Shown here one piece after another: positions 15,303 through 30,026 of a DNA stretch of 64,000 nt. Source of the DNA: Heptranchias perlo. Its lineage: Eukaryota. Where the stretch lies: contig NW_027139268.1 in NCBI RefSeq assembly GCF_035084215.1, positions 372,001 to 436,000 on the forward strand. Direction: 5' to 3'. The first letter of the stretch is position 1. Each line of letters starts with the position of its first letter. Position numbers and translations under genes: made by a program. The notes under the pieces are model-generated. The model was not told the DNA's origin and ran no database searches. It worked only from the letters and a program-made list of their open reading frames with translations.

Positions 15303-16093
15303 AAATTAACCCCTCTTTTTGCTTCTCTCTCCTGATTCTCCTTCTATCTTTCTTCCCTTTCCTTTTGGATGGGAGGTGGTTGGTGGCGTAGTGCGATGAC
15401 TGAAAGAGCCAGCAACATCTGCCCATTGCATTTGAGGTGGGGCCGACAGGGAAAATATGGCCCTCAGCTGTTCCCTTCCCATCTCCACCCCAATCACTTG
15501 TGTTTCCCTCCCCCCCGCCATCACATCCTTCACCCTTTATCTTCCCACAACCCCCTCCCCTTCCAACCACCCCCACTCCCATAACTAACCCCACCTCTTC
15601 CCCTTTGAACTATCCACTCAACCTCTGCCTCCTGTGCCCCCTCCCTTCACTGACACTCACCTCACCCTTAACCCTCCACCCACTCCCCTCCATCCTTATT
15701 TGCTCCCCCAAAACCAGTTGGAGAGAGAGCCCAGGCCCCCCCTGCAACTCTTCCCATTTCCCTCCTCCCCTTCCCTCCCTTCCTCGCTGTTTCCCTCAAA
15801 CAGACTTTGTTTGCTTTCAAAATTCAATAAATCTAATTAGAATGAGGAAAGACTCACCTGTCTTCCTCTCTCTCTCACATGTGTAAATAAATAGCATTTA
15901 CCTTTTCTAACAACCAGCACAACAAAGGTAAGATAATATATAGGTTTTAAAATTCAATTGGTGCATTATTTTATTATGCGGTCGGGTCCAGGCTGGTGTT
16001 TATGCTCCACACGAGCCTCCTCCCTCCTCACTTCCTCTACCCTCTCAGGATATCCCTCGATTACTTTCTCCCTCAAAGCTTCTGAAATCATCC

Positions 16094-16933
16094 TGTAGAT
16101 TTCTGTAAATAATTTGAACAATAAAGCTGCTAGAAGCTAAAGGAAAACATCCCATCACCACTGTTTATAGTGTCACAGCACAGGAGGAGGCTGCAAGAAA
16201 GACGCTTTCTAGACCAAATCATAGTCACGTATCCCATCCTGCAAAGCTTTAGGCGCTTGTCTGAAAAGCGAGGCTGTGGGCAGACCTTGCCTCTGTGAGA
16301 ATACAAAGGGAGCCAACACTCCACAGGAAATGATATGCCTGACATCAGGCAAAGTGATTGGGAATATTGCAAAGTCAAGAAAACTGTGAACTGACGCATT
16401 GAAGACCAAATTGTCAGGAACAGACAACAAAACATTCCAAGGCACAATCAAAGACCCAGGACCTGGGCACAGATTAAATACACAGAAAGATAAGGGGATG
16501 GCCCACCCCCATAAGATAGAATGGACAACAGTTAACACCATGGGATGGATATCTGAAAGATGTCTGGAACAATGGGCACCCTGGGGTGGGGGGGAAGAGA
16601 CGTTCGAGACAGATGACATCATGGGATAATGTCGTTAAGCCACCAGAAGCAACTATGCTTCGGAAAGATGTATAAACTGGGACACTGGCCCACTACAGTT
16701 AGCAGCAGCTTCTGGGGCAACGAAGGCCAACACACCCTACAATACCAGGCCTGATCAGCTTGAAACTTCCAAGGGACAGGTTGTACCATCCTTGTTTATT
16801 TGATATAACTGTATTAGAACGTTGTTTTTGTGTCGAGAACAAAGCTTGCATCTCAGGCCCGAATCATGGTGGAAATTATTATTAAGAAGGATTAACAACC
16901 CTTGGTAGCATTAATAATAACATATTTCCAACA
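16094..16933 (+). mobile_element. Probable 5' LTR of a truncated LTR retroelement
   Basis: TGT...ACA termini, TATA-like TATAAA near 16671, and a tRNA-Asn-type primer-binding site immediately downstream. No partner LTR in the window, so the left boundary is approximate. Confidence 0.6.
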
Positions 16934-16937
16934 TTTC

Positions 16938-16955
16938 TGGCGTCCCTGGTTGGAA
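16938..16955 (+). other. Primer-binding site complementary to the tRNA-Asn 3' end
   Basis: TGGCGTCCCTGGTTGG versus the tRNA-Asn complement TGGCGTCCCTGGGTGG, 4 nt after the LTR-terminal CA. Confidence 0.7.
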
Positions 16956-16959
16956 CCGA

Positions 16960-17492
16960 ATCACTGGGTCCCTGTCTAGAACCGGATTGATGTGTCCCTT
17001 TCTAGAACTGGATCACTGGGTCCCTGTCTCGAACCAGATCGTTGGGACCCTGTCTGGAACTGGATCACTGGGTCCCTGTCTAGAACCAGATCACTGGGAC
17101 CCTACCTAGAACTGGATCGCCAGGTCCCTGTCTCAAACCAGATCGTTGGGACCCTGTCTGGAACTGGATCGCTGGTTCCCTGTCTAGAACCAGATAGCTG
17201 GGTGCCTCTCTTGAACTGGATCACCGGGTCCCTGTCTAGAACCAGATCACTGGGACCCTATCCAGAACTGGATCGCCAGGTCCCTGTCTAGAACCAGATC
17301 GTTGGGACCCTGTCTGGAACTGGATCACTGAGTCCATGTCTAGAACCAGATTGCCGGGTCCATGTCCAGAACTGGATCACTGGGTCATTGTCTCGAACCG
17401 AATCTCTGGGTCCTGTCTAGAACTGGATCGTTGGGTCCCTGTCTAGAACTGGATCGTTGGGTCCCTGTCTAGAACTGGATCATTGGGTCCTC
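16960..17492 (+). repeat. 26-bp minisatellite CTGGGTCCCTGTCTAGAACYRGATCA, about 20 diverged copies
   Basis: Direct periodicity. The unit aligns with the PBS segment CTGGCGTCCCTGGTTGGAACCGAATCA. Confidence 0.9.
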
Positions 17493-17612
17493 TTTCGAAT
17501 GTGGAGGGAGGAAAAATTCGCATTGAAATCAGGACGGAGCCTCATTATAATATTCTAATTAAGTCTAACTAGGGGAAATCACTTTAATTACAGTCTTGAA
17601 ATTAAATCCAAT

Positions 17613-18085
17613 TATAACAACAACTTGCATTGATATAATGCCTTTAACGTCACAAGGTGCTTCACACGAACAATTATCAAACAAAATTGGACACAGAGAC
17701 ACATAAAGAGATATTAGGATAGGTGACCAAAAGCTTGGTCAGAGGTCGGTTTTAACGAGTGTCTTAAAGGAGGAGAGAAAGGTGGAGAGGTGAAGGGCTT
17801 TAGGAAGGGAATTCCAGAGCTTAGGGCCGAGGTAGCTGAAGGCACGGCCAGCAATGGTGGAGCAAAGGAAATCAGGGATGGACAAAAGGCCAAAATCAGA
17901 GGAGTGCAGAGATTTCAGAGGGTTGTAGGGCTGGAGGAGGTTACAGAGATATGGAGGGGCGAGGCCATGGAGGGATTTGAAAACAAGGGTGAGAATTTTA
18001 AAATCAAGGCGTTGGTGGACTGGAGCCAATGTAGGTCAGTGAGCACAGGGGGTGATGGGAGAACGGGACTTGGTGTGAGTCAGGC
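17613..18085 (-). mobile_element. L2 LINE 3' end with tail
   Basis: ORF 17739-18029 (RLDFKILTLVFKSLHGLAPPYL..LWNSLP) plus the tail read on + as ACAACAACTTGCATT. Confidence 0.85.
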
Positions 18086-20022
18086 GTACCGAAAAATGAG
18101 GTGCCAACCTGGTGAAGCTACAACTCAGGACTACATGCGTGTTAAACAGCAGAAGCAACATGCTATAGACAGAGCTAAGCGATTCCACAACCAACGGATC
18201 AGATCAAAATTCTGCAGTCCTGCCACATCCAGTCATGAATGGTGGTGGACAATTAAACAACTAACGGGAGGAGGAGGCTCTGCAAACATCCCCATCCTCA
18301 ATGATGGCGGAGTCCAGCACGTGAGTGCAAAAGGCAAGTCTGAAGAGTTTCAGCCAGAAGTGCTGAGTGGATGATCCATCTCGGCCTCCTCCTGATATCC
18401 CCACCATCACAGAAGCCAGTCTTCAGCCAATTCGATTCACTCCACGTGATATCAAGCAACGGCTGAGTGCACTGGATACAGCAAAGGCTATTGGCCCCGA
18501 CAACATCCCAGCTGTAGTGCTGAACTCTTGTGCTCCAGAACTAGCCGTGCCTCGAGCCAAACTGTTCCAGTACAGCTACAACACTGGCATCTACCCGACA
18601 ATGTGGAAAATTGCCCAGGTATGTCCTGTCCACAAAAAGCAGAACAAATCCAATCCGGCCAATTACCGCCCCATCAGTCTACTCTCAATCATCAGCAAAG
18701 TGATGGAAGGTGTCATCGACAGTGCTATCAAGCAGCACGTATTCATCAATAACCTGCTCACCGATGATCAGTTTGGGTTCCGCCAGGACCACTCAGCTCC
18801 AGACCTCATTACAGCCTTCGTCCAAACATGGACAAAAGAGCTGAATTCCAGAGGTGAGGTGAGAGTGACTGACCTTGACATCAAGGCAGCATTTGACCGA
18901 GTGTGGCACCAAGGAGCCCAAGTAAAATTGAAGTCAATGGGAATCAGGGGGAAAACTCTCCAGTGGCTGGTATCATACCTAGCACAAAGGAAGATGGTAG
19001 TGGTTGTTGGAGGACAATCATCTCAGCCCCAGGACATTGCTGCAGGAGTCCCTCAGGGCAGTGTCCTCGGCCCAACCATCTTCAGCTGCTTCATCAATGA
19101 CCTTCCCTCCATCATAAGGTCAGAAATGGGGATGTTCACTGATGATTGCACAGTGTTCAGTTCCATTCGCAACCCGTCAGATAATGAAGCAGTCCGAGCC
19201 CGCATGCAGCAAGACCTGGACAACATCCAGCCTTGAGCTCATAAGTGGCAACTAACATTTGTGCCAGACAAGTGCCAGGCAATGACCATCTCCAACAAGA
19301 GAGAATCTAACCACCTCCACTTGACATTCAACGGCATTACCATCGCCGAATCCCCCACCATCAACATCCTGGGGGTCACCATTGACCAGAAACTTAACTG
19401 GATCAGCCATATAAATACTGTGGCTGCAAGACCAGGTCAGAGGCTGGGTATTCTGCGGTGACTGACTCATCTCCTGACTCCCCAAAGCCTTTCCACCATC
19501 TACAAAGCACAAGTCAGGAGTGTGATGGAATACTCTCCACTTGCCTGGATGAGTGCAGCTCCAACAACACTCAAGAAGCTCAACACCATCCAGAACAAAG
19601 CAGCCCGCTTGATTGGCACCCCATCCACCACCCTAAACATTCACTCCCTTCACCACCAGCGCACAGTGGCTGCAGTGTGTCCCATCCACAGGATGCACTG
19701 CAGCAACTCTCCAAGGTTTCTTCGACAGCACCTCCCAAACCCGCAACCTCTACCACCTGGAAGGACAAGAGCAGCAGGCGCATGGGAACAACACCACCTG
19801 CACGTTCCCCTCCAAGTCACACACCATCCTGACTTGGAAATATATCGCCGTTTCTTCATCATTGCTGGGTCAAAATCCTGGAACTCCCTTCCTAACAGCA
19901 CTGTGGGAGAACCGTCACCACACGGACTGCAGCGGTTCAAGAAGGCGGCTCATCACCACCTTCTCAAGAGCAATTAGGGATGGGCAATAAATGCCGGCCT
20001 CGCCAGCGACGCCCACATCCCA
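18086..20022 (+). mobile_element. CR1-group (Jockey superclade) LINE, 5'-truncated, RT disrupted
   Basis: ORF 18367-19236 has NYRPISLLS, QFGFR, LDIKAAFDRVWH, GVPQGSVLGP and FTDD, then a stop and frameshifts into YSPLAW..WNSLP. The 3' UTR has AATAAA near 19986. Confidence 0.93.
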
Positions 20023-20166
20023 AGCCGAGCCCACCAGGTCAGCATGGCGATGTCTTTATCCATGGCCTTCGGGGAAGGTGCGATTTTCGCTTTAATGCAA
20101 AAGGCAGATTATGTGCAGTAAACGTGTTTACTAATCGTGATGTGTTGTGTTTCTAATTGTACGCAG

Positions 20167-20188
20167 GAGCTAAAGGACTGAAGCGGAG
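20167..20188 (+). pseudogene. TRIM pseudogene micro-exon (22 nt; the canonical TRIM-B30.2 linker exon is 23 nt)
   Basis: cag|GAGCTAAAGGACTGAAGCGGAG|gtgagg, 112 bp upstream of a clear TRIM linker exon. One base short of ELKGLKRR. Confidence 0.55.
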
Positions 20189-20300
20189 GTGAGGGTGAAT
20201 TTTAAACCTTGTCTTCCACATTCTCACACTGTTTATTTATTTTTACAACCCCCCACGGTTTAATATTTCAAACAAACCTGTTAATGAACCATTTCCTCAG

Positions 20301-20420
20301 GTTCCAGGAAAAGAGAGTAAATGACAGACTGTGTGGTGAGCAGTGATCTGGACTTGGGAGTGTTCAGGGAACCCCTGCAATACACAGTCTAGAAAGAAAT
20401 GCGACAAATACTCTCTCCAG
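20301..20420 (+). pseudogene. TRIM pseudogene pre-PRY linker exon
   Basis: ttcctcag|...|gtaaac. Encodes VVSSDLDLGVFREPLQYTV*KEMRQILSP, the motif found in A33/NF7/TRIM35/TRIM69-type TRIMs, with the conserved Trp as TAG (20390-20392). Ends in phase 1. Confidence 0.85.
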
Positions 20421-22500
20421 GTAAACACCAATAGATATACCGCAATACACTCTCCCGGTAAACACCGATAGATATACCGCAATACACCCTCCTGGTAAAC
20501 ACCGATAGATATACCGCAATACACTCTCCCGGTAAACACCGATAGATATACGGCAATACACTCTCCCGGTAAACACCGATAGATATACCGCAATACACTC
20601 TCCCGGTAAACACCGATAGATATACGGCAATACACTCTCCCGGTAAACACTGATAGATATACCGCAATACACTCTCCCGGTAAACACAGATAGATATACC
20701 GCAATACACTCTCCCGGTAAACACCAATAGATATACTGCAATACACTCTCCCGGTAAACACCGATAGATATACCACAATACACTCTCCCGGTAAACACCG
20801 ATAGATATACCGCAATACACTCTCCCGGTAAACACCGATAGATATACCGCAAAACACTCTCCCGGTAAACACCGATAGAAAAACCGCAACACACTCTCCC
20901 GGTAAACACCGATAGATATACCGCAATACACTCTCCCGGTAAACACCAATAGATATACCGCAATACACTCTCCCGGTAAACACCGATAGATATACCGCAA
21001 TACACTCTCCCGGTAAACACCGATAGATATACCGCAATACACTCTCCCGGTAAACACCGATAGATATACCGCAATACACTCTCCCGGTAAACACCGATAG
21101 ATATACCGCAATGCACTCTCCCGGTAAACACCAATAGATATACCGCAATACACTCTCCCGGTAAACACCGATAGATATACCGCAATGCACTCTCCCGGTA
21201 AACACCGATAGATATACCGCAATACACTCTCCCGGTAAACACCGATAGATATACCGCAATACACTTTCCCGGTAAACACCGATAGATATACCGCAATACA
21301 CTCTCCCGGTAAACACCGATAGATATACCGCAATACACTCTCCCAGTAAACACCGATAGATATACCGCAATACACCCTCCTGGTAAACACCAATAGATAT
21401 ACCGCAATACACTCTCCCGGTAAACACCAATAGATATACCGCAATACACTCTCCCGGTAAACACCGATAAATATACCGCAATACACTCTCCCGGTAAACA
21501 CCGATAGATATACCGCAATACACTCTCCCGGTAAACACTGATAGATATATCGCAATACACTCTCCCGGTAAACACCAATAGATATACCGCAATACACTCT
21601 CCCGGTAAACACCAACAGATATACCGCAATACACTCTCCCGGTAAACACCAATAGATATACCGCAATACACTCTCCCGGTAAACACCAACAGATATACCG
21701 CAATACACTCTCCCGGTAAACACCAATAGATATACCACAATGCACTCTCCCGGTAAACACCAACAGATATACCGCAATGCACTCTCCCGGTAAACACCAA
21801 CAGATATACCGCAATGCACTCTCCCGGTAAACACCGATAAATATACCGCAATACACTCTCCCGGTAAACACCAACAGATATACCGCAATGCACTCTCCCG
21901 GTAAACACCAACAGATATACCGCAATGCACTCTCCCGGTAAACACCGATAGATATACCGCAATACACTCTCCCGGTAAACACCAATAGATATACCGCAAT
22001 ACACTCTCCCGGTAAACACCAACAGATATACCGCAATGCACTCTCCCGGGAAACACCAATAGATATACCGCAATACACTCTCCCGGTAAACACCAACAGA
22101 TATACCGCAATGCACTCTCCCGGTAAACACCGATAGATATACCGCAATACACTCTCCCGGTAAACACCAATAGACATACCGCATTACACTCTCCTGGTAC
22201 GCACCAACAGATATACCGCAATGCACTCTCCCGGTAAACACCGATAGATATACCGCAATACACCCTCCCGGTAAACACCAATAGATATACCGCAATACAC
22301 TCTCCTAGTTAGCACCGATAGATATACCATAAACCTCTCCCCTGGTAAACACTGGTAGATTTACCATAAACCTCTCCCCTGGTAAACACTGGTAGATTTA
22401 CCAAAAACATCTCCCCTGGTAAACACCAGTAGATTTACCATAAACCTCTCCCGTGGTGAACACTGGTAGATTTACCATAAACCTCTCCACTGGTGAACAC
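20405..22500. repeat. 37-bp satellite variant A GTAAACACCGATAGATATACCGCAATACACTCTCCCG (about 51 copies) plus transition units
   Basis: Direct periodicity. The first unit overlaps the TRIM exon end and donor. 22310-22500 holds units intermediate between variants A and B. Confidence 0.97.
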
Positions 22501-25500
22501 TGATAGATTTGCCCTAATCCCCTCTCTCGGTAAACACCGTTAGATTTACCCTAATCCCTTCTCTCCTGGTAAACACCGATAGATTTACCCTAATCCCCTC
22601 TCTCGGTAAACACCGATAGATTTACCCTAATCCCCTCTCTCGGTAAACACTGATAGATTTACCCTAATCCCCTCTCTCGGTAAACACTGATAGTTTTACC
22701 CTAATCCCCTCTCTCGGTAAACACTGATAGATTTACCCTAATCCCCTCTCTCGGTGAACACCGGTAGATTTACCCCAATCCCCTCTCTCGGTAAACACTG
22801 ATAGATTTACCCCATTCCCCTCTCTCGGTAAACATTGATAGATTTACCCTAATCCCCTCTCTCGGTAAACACCGATAGATTGACCAAAATCCCCTCTCTC
22901 GGTAAACACCGATAGATTTACCTAATCCCCTCTCTCCTGTTAAACACCGATAGATTGACCCTAATCCCCTCTATCGGTAAACACCGATAGATTTACCCTA
23001 ATCCAGTCTCTCTCGGTGAACACCGATAGATTGACCCTAATCCCCTCTCTCGGTAAACACCGATAGATTTACCCTAATCCCCTCTCTCCTGTTAAACACC
23101 GATAGATTTACCCCAATCCCCTCTCTCGGTAAACATTGATAGATTTACCCTAATCCCCTCTCTCGGTAAACACCGATAGATTGACCCTAATCCCCTCTCT
23201 CGGTAAACACCGATAGATTTACCTAATCCCCTCTCTCCTGTTAAACACCGATAGATTGACCCTAATCCCCTCTATCGGTAAACACCGATAGATTTACCCC
23301 AATCCCCGCTCTCGGTAAACACCGATAGATTTACCCTAATCCCCTTTCTCCTGGTAAACACCGATAGATTTACCCTAATCCCCTCTCTCCTGGTGAACAC
23401 CGATAGATTTAACCTAATCCCCTCTCTCGGTGAACACCGATAGATTTACCCTAATCCCCTCTCTCGGTAAACACCGATAGATTTACCGTAATCCCCTCTC
23501 TCGGTAAACACCGACAGATTTACCCTAATCCCCTCTCTCGGTGAACACCGATAGATTTACCCTAATCCCCTCTCTCGGTAAACACCGATAGATTTACCCT
23601 AATCCCCTCTCCTGGTAAACACCGATCGATTTACCCTAATCCCCTCACTCGGTAAACATCGATAGATTTACCCTAATCCCCTCTCCTGGTAAACACCGAT
23701 AGATTTACCCGAATCCCCTCTCTCGGTAAACACCGATAGATTTACCCTAATCCCCTCTCTCGGTAAACACTGATAGATTTACCCTAATCCCCTCTCTCGG
23801 TAAACATCGATAGATTTACCCTAATCCCCTCTCCTGGTAAACACCGATAGATTTACCCTAATCCCCTCTCTCGGTAAACATCGATAGATTTACCCTAATC
23901 CCCTCTCCTGGTAAACACCGATAGATTTACCCTAATCCCCTCTCTCGGTAAACACCGATAGATTTACCCTAATCCCCTCTCTCGGTGAACACCGATAGAT
24001 TTACCCCAATCCCCTCTTTCGGTAAACACCGATAGATTTACCCTAATCCCCTCTCTCGGTGAACACCGATAGATTTACCCTAATCCCCTCTCTCAGCAAA
24101 CACCGATAGATTTACCCTAATCCCCTCTCTCGGTAAACACCGATAGATTTACCCTAATCCCCTCTCTCGCTGAACACTGATAGATTTACCCTAATCCCCT
24201 CTCTCGGTAAACACCGATAGATTTACCCTAATTCCCTCTCTCGGTAAAAACCGATAGATTTACCCCAATCCCCTCTCTCGGTAAACATTGATAGATTTAC
24301 CCTAATCCCCTCTCTCGGTAAACACCGATAGATTGACCCTAATCCCCTCTCTCGGTAAACACCGATAGATTTACCCTAATCCCCTCTCTCCTGTTAAACA
24401 CCGATAGATTTACCCCAATCCCCTCTCTCGGTAAACATTGATAGATTTACCCTAATCCCCTCTCTCGGTAAACACCGATAGATTGACCCTAATCCCCTCT
24501 CTCGGTAAACACCGATAGATTTACCTAATCCCCTCTCTCCTGTTAAACACCGATAGATTGACCCTAATCCCCTCTATCGGTAAACACCGATAGATTTACC
24601 CCAATCCCCTCTCTCGGTAAACACCGATAGATTTACCCTAATCCCCTTTCTCCTGGTAAACACCGATAGATTTACCCTAATCCCCTCTCTCCTGGTGAAC
24701 ACCGATAGATTTACCCTAATCCCCTCTCTCGGTGAACACCGATAGATTTACCCTAATCCCCTCTCTCGGTAAACACCGATAGATTTACCGTAATCCCCTC
24801 TCTCGGTAAACACCGACAGATTTACCCTAATCCCCTCTCCTGGTAAACACCGATAGATTTACCCTAATCCCCTCACTCGGTAAACATCGATAGATTTACC
24901 CTAATCACCTCTCCTGGTAAACACCGATAGATTTACCCTAATCCCCTCTCTCGGTAAACACCGATAGATTTACCCTAATCCCCTCTCTCGGTAAACACTG
25001 ATAGATTTACCCTAATCCCCTCTCTCGGTAAACATCGATAGATTTACCCTAATCCCCTCTCCTGGTAAACACCGATAGATTTACCCTAATCCCCTCTCTC
25101 GGTAAACATCGATAGATTTACCCTAATCCCCTCTCCTGGTAAACACCGATAGATTTACCCTAATCCCCTCTCTCGGTAAACACCGATAGATTTACCCTAA
25201 TCCCCTCTCTCGGTGAACACCGATAGATTTACCCCAATCCCCTCTTTCGGTAAACACCGATAGATTTACCCTAATCCCCTCTCTTGGTAAACACCGATAG
25301 ATTTACCCTAATCCCCTCTCTCGGTAAACACCGATAGATTTACCCTAATCCCCTCTCTCCTGGTATACACCGATAGATTTACCCTAATCCACTCTCTCAG
25401 TAAACACCGATTGATTTACCCTAATCCCCTCTCTCGGTGAACACCGATAGATTTACCCTAATCCCCTCTCTCGGTGAACACCGATAGATTTACCCTAATC

Positions 25501-28500
25501 CCCTCTCTCCTGGTGAACACCGATAGATTTACCCCAATCCCCTCTCTCCTGGTGAACACCGATAGATTTACCCTAATCCCCTCTCCTGGTAAACACCGAT
25601 AGATTTACCCTAATCCACTCTCTCGGTGAACACCATTAGATTTACCCTAATCCCCTCTCTCGGTAAACACCAATAGATTTACCCTAATCCCCTCTCTCGC
25701 TGAACACCGATAGATTTACCCTAATCCCCTCTCTCAGTAAACACCGATAGATTTACCCTAATCCCCTCTCTCGGTGAACACCGATAGATTTACCCTAATC
25801 CCCTCTCTCGGTGAACACCGATAGATTTACCCTAATCCCCTCTCTCAGTAAACACCGATAGACTGACCCTAATCCCCTCTCTCGGTGAACACCGATAGAT
25901 TTACCCTAATCCCCTCTCTCGGTGAACACCGATAGATTGACCCTAATCCCCTCTCTCGGTGAACACCGATAGATTTACCCTAATCCCCTCTCTCGGTGAA
26001 CACCGATAGAGTTACCCTAATCCCCTCTCTCGCTGAACACCGATAGATTTACCCTAATCCCCTCTCTCGGTAAACACCGATAGATTTAACCTATTCCCCT
26101 CTCTCGGTGAACACCGATAGATTTACCCTAATCCACTCTCTCAGTGAACACCGATAGATTTACCCCAATCCCCTCTCTCGGTGAACACCGATAGATTTAC
26201 CCTAATCCCCTCTCTCGGTAAACACTGATAGTTTTACCCTAATCCCCTCTCTCGGTAAACACTGATAGATTTACCCTAATCCCCTCTCTCGGTGAACACC
26301 GGTAGATTTACTCCAATCCCCTCTCTCGGTAAACACTGATAGATTTACCCCATTCCCCTCTCTCGGTAAACATTGATAGATTTACCCTAATCCCCTCTCT
26401 CGGTAAACACCGATAGATTGACCCAAATCCCCTCTCTCCTGGTAAACACCGATAGATTTACCCCAATCCCCTCTCTTGGTAAACACCGATAGATTTACCC
26501 CAAACCCCTCTCTCGGTAAACACCGATAGATTTACCCTAATCCCCTCTCTCCTGGTGAACACCGATAGATTTACCCTAATCCCCTCTCTCGGTGAACACC
26601 AATAGATTTACCCTAATCCCCTCTCTCGGTAAACACCGATAGATTTACCCCAAACCCCTCTCTCGGTAAACACCGATAGATTTACCCTAATCCCCTCTCT
26701 CCTGGTGAACACCGATAGATTTACCCTAATCCCCTCTCTCGGTGAACACCGATAGATTTAACCGAATCCCCTCTCTCGGTAAACACCGATAGATTTACCC
26801 TAATCCCCTCTCTCCTGGTAAACACCGATAGATTTACCCCAATCCCCTCTCTCGGTAAACACCGATAGATTTACCCCAATCCCCTCTCTCTGTAAACACC
26901 GATAGATTTACCCTAATCCCCTCTATCCTGGTGAACACCGATAGATTTACCCTAATCCCATCTCTCTCGGTGAACACCGATAGATTTACCGTAATCCCCT
27001 CTCTCGGTAAACACCGACAGATTTACCCTAATCCCCTCTCTCGGTGAACACCGATAGATTTATCCTAATCCCCTCTCTCCTGGTAAACACCGATAGATTT
27101 ACCCTAATCCCCTCTCTCGGTAAACACCGATAGATTTACGCTAATCCCCTCTCCTGGTAAACACCGATAGATTTACCCTAATCCCCTCTCTCGGTAAACA
27201 TCGATAGATTTACCCTAATCCCCTCTCCTGGTAAACACCGATAGATTTACCCTAATCCCCTCTCTCGGTAAACACCGATAGATTTACCCTAATCCCCTCT
27301 CTCGGTAAACACCGATAGATTTACCCCAATCCACTCTCTCGGTAAACACCGATAAATTGACCCCAATCCCCTATCTCGGTAAACACCGATAGATTTACCC
27401 TAATCCCCTCTCTCGGTGAACACCGATAGATTTACCCTAATCCCATCTCTCAGTAAACACCGATAGATTTACCCTAATCCCCTCTCTCGGTAAACACCGA
27501 TAGATTTACCCTAATCCCCTCTCTCGGTGAACACTGATAGATTTACCCTAATCCCCTCTCTCGGTAAACACCGATAGATTTACCCTAATCCCCTCTCTCG
27601 GTGAACACTGATAGATTTACCCTAATCCCCTCTCTCGGTAAACACTGATAGATTTACCCTAATCCCCTCTCTCGGTAAACACCGATAGATTTACCCTAAT
27701 CCCCTCTCTCCTGGTAAACACCGATAGATTTACCCCAATCCCCTCTCTCGGTAAACACCGATAGATTTACCCTAATCCCCTCTCTCCTGGTAAACACCGA
27801 TAGATTTACCCTAATCCCCTCTCTCGGTAAACACCGATAGATTCTAATCCCCTCTCTCGGTAAACACCGATAGATTTACCCCAATCCCCTCTCTCGGTAA
27901 ACACCGATAGATTTACCCTAATCCCCTCTCTCGGTGAACACCGATAGATTTACACTAATCCCCTCTCTCCTAGTGAACACCGATAGATTTACCCTAATCC
28001 CCTCTCTCGGTGAACACCGATAGATTTACCCTAATCCCCTCTCTCGGTGAACACCGATAGATTTACCCTAATCCCCTCTCTCAGTAAACACCGATTGATT
28101 TACCCTAATCCCCTCTCTCCTGGTGAACACCGATAGATTTACCCCAATCCCCTCTCTCCTGGTGAACACCGATAGATTTACCCTAATCCCCTCTCCTGGT
28201 AAACACCGATAGATTTACCCTAATCCACTCTCTCGGTGAACACCATTAGATTTACCCTAATCCCCTCTCTCGGTAAACACCAATAGATTTACCCTAATCC
28301 CCTCTCTCGCTGAACACCGATAGATTTACCCTAATCCCCTCTCTCAGTAAACACCGATAGATTTACCCTAATCCCCTCTCTCGGTGAACACCGATAGATT
28401 GACCCTAATCCCCTCTCTCGGTGAACACCGATAGATTTACCCTAATCCACTCTCTCGGTGAACACCGATAGATTGACCCTAATCCCCTCTCTCGGTGAAC

Positions 28501-30026
28501 ACCGATAGATTGACCCTAATCCCCTCTCTCGGTGAACACCGATAGATTTACCCTAATCCCCTCTCTCGGTGAACACCGATAGATTTACCCTAATCCCCTC
28601 TCTCGGTGAACACCGATAGATTTACCCTAATCCCCTCTCTCGGTGAACACCGATAGAGTTACCCTAATCCCCTCTCTCGGTGAACACTGATAGATTTACC
28701 CTAATCCCCTCTCTCGGTGAACACCGATAGATTTACCCTAATCCCCTCTCTCAGTGAACACCGATAGATTTACCCCAATCCCCTCTCTCGGTGAACACCG
28801 ATAGATTTACCCTAATCCCCTCTCTCGGTAAACACTAATAGTTTTACCCTAATCCCCTCTCTCGGTAAACACTGATAGATTTACCCTAATCCCCTCTCTC
28901 GGTGAACACCGGTAGATTTACCCCAATCCCCTCTCTCGGTAAACACTGATAGATTTACCCCATTCCCCTCTCTCGGTAAACATTGATAGATTTACCCTAA
29001 TCCCCTCTCTCGGTAAACACCGATAGATTGACCCAAATCCCCTCTCTCCTGGTAAACACCGATAGATTTACCCCAATCCCCTCTCTCGGTAAACACCGAT
29101 AGATTTAACCGAATCCCCTCTCTCGGTAAACACCGATAGATTTACCCTAATCCCCTCTCTCCTGGTAAACACCGATAGATTTACCCCAATCCCCTCTCTC
29201 GGTAAACACCGATAGATTTACCCCAATCCCCTCTCTCGGTAAACAACGATAGATTTACCCTAATCCCCTCTCTCCTGGTGAACACCGATAGATTTACCCT
29301 AATCCCCTCTCTCGGTAAACACCGACAGATTTACCCTAATCCCCTCTCTCGGTGAACACCGATAGATTTACCCTAATCCCCTCTCTCCTGGTAAACACCG
29401 ATAGATTTATCCCAATCCCCTCTCTCGGTAAACATTGATAGATTTACCCTAATCCCCTCTCTCGGTAAACACCGATAGATTGACCCTAATCCCCTCTCTC
29501 GGTAAACACCGATAGATTTACCCTAATCCCCTATCTCCTGTTAAACACCGATAGATTGACCCTAATCCCCTCTATCGGTAAACACCGATAGATTTACCCC
29601 AATCCCCTCTCTCGGTAAACACCGATAGATTTACCCTAATCCCCTCTCTCCTGGTAAACACCGATAGATTTACCCTAATCCCCTCTCTCCTGGTGAACAC
29701 CGATAGATTTACCCTAATCCCCTCTCTCGGTGAACACCGATAGATTTACCCTAATCCCCTCTCTCGGTAAACACCGATAGATTTACCGTAATCCCCTCTC
29801 TCGGTAAACACCGACAGATTTACCCTAATCCCCTCTCTCGGTGAACACCGATAGATTTACCCTAATCCCCTCTCTCTGTAAACACCGATAGATTTACCCT
29901 AATCCCCTCTCCTGGTAAACACCGATAGATTTACCCTAATCCCCTCTCTCGGTAAACATCGATAGATTTCCCCTAATCCCCTCTCCTGGTAAACACCGAT
30001 AGATTTACCCTAATCCCCTCTCTCGG
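22500..30026. repeat. 37-bp satellite variant B GTAAACACCGATAGATTTACCCTAATCCCCTCTCTCG, left of the LTR element
   Basis: Direct periodicity, with occasional 36- and 39-bp units. Confidence 0.97.

Noticed and set aside
15306-15886. Pro-rich ORFs
   Set aside because: C-rich low-complexity DNA.
20297-22295. Three overlapping 626-643 aa ORFs
   Set aside because: Translations of a stop-free 37-bp satellite strand; the same peptide cycles through all three frames.
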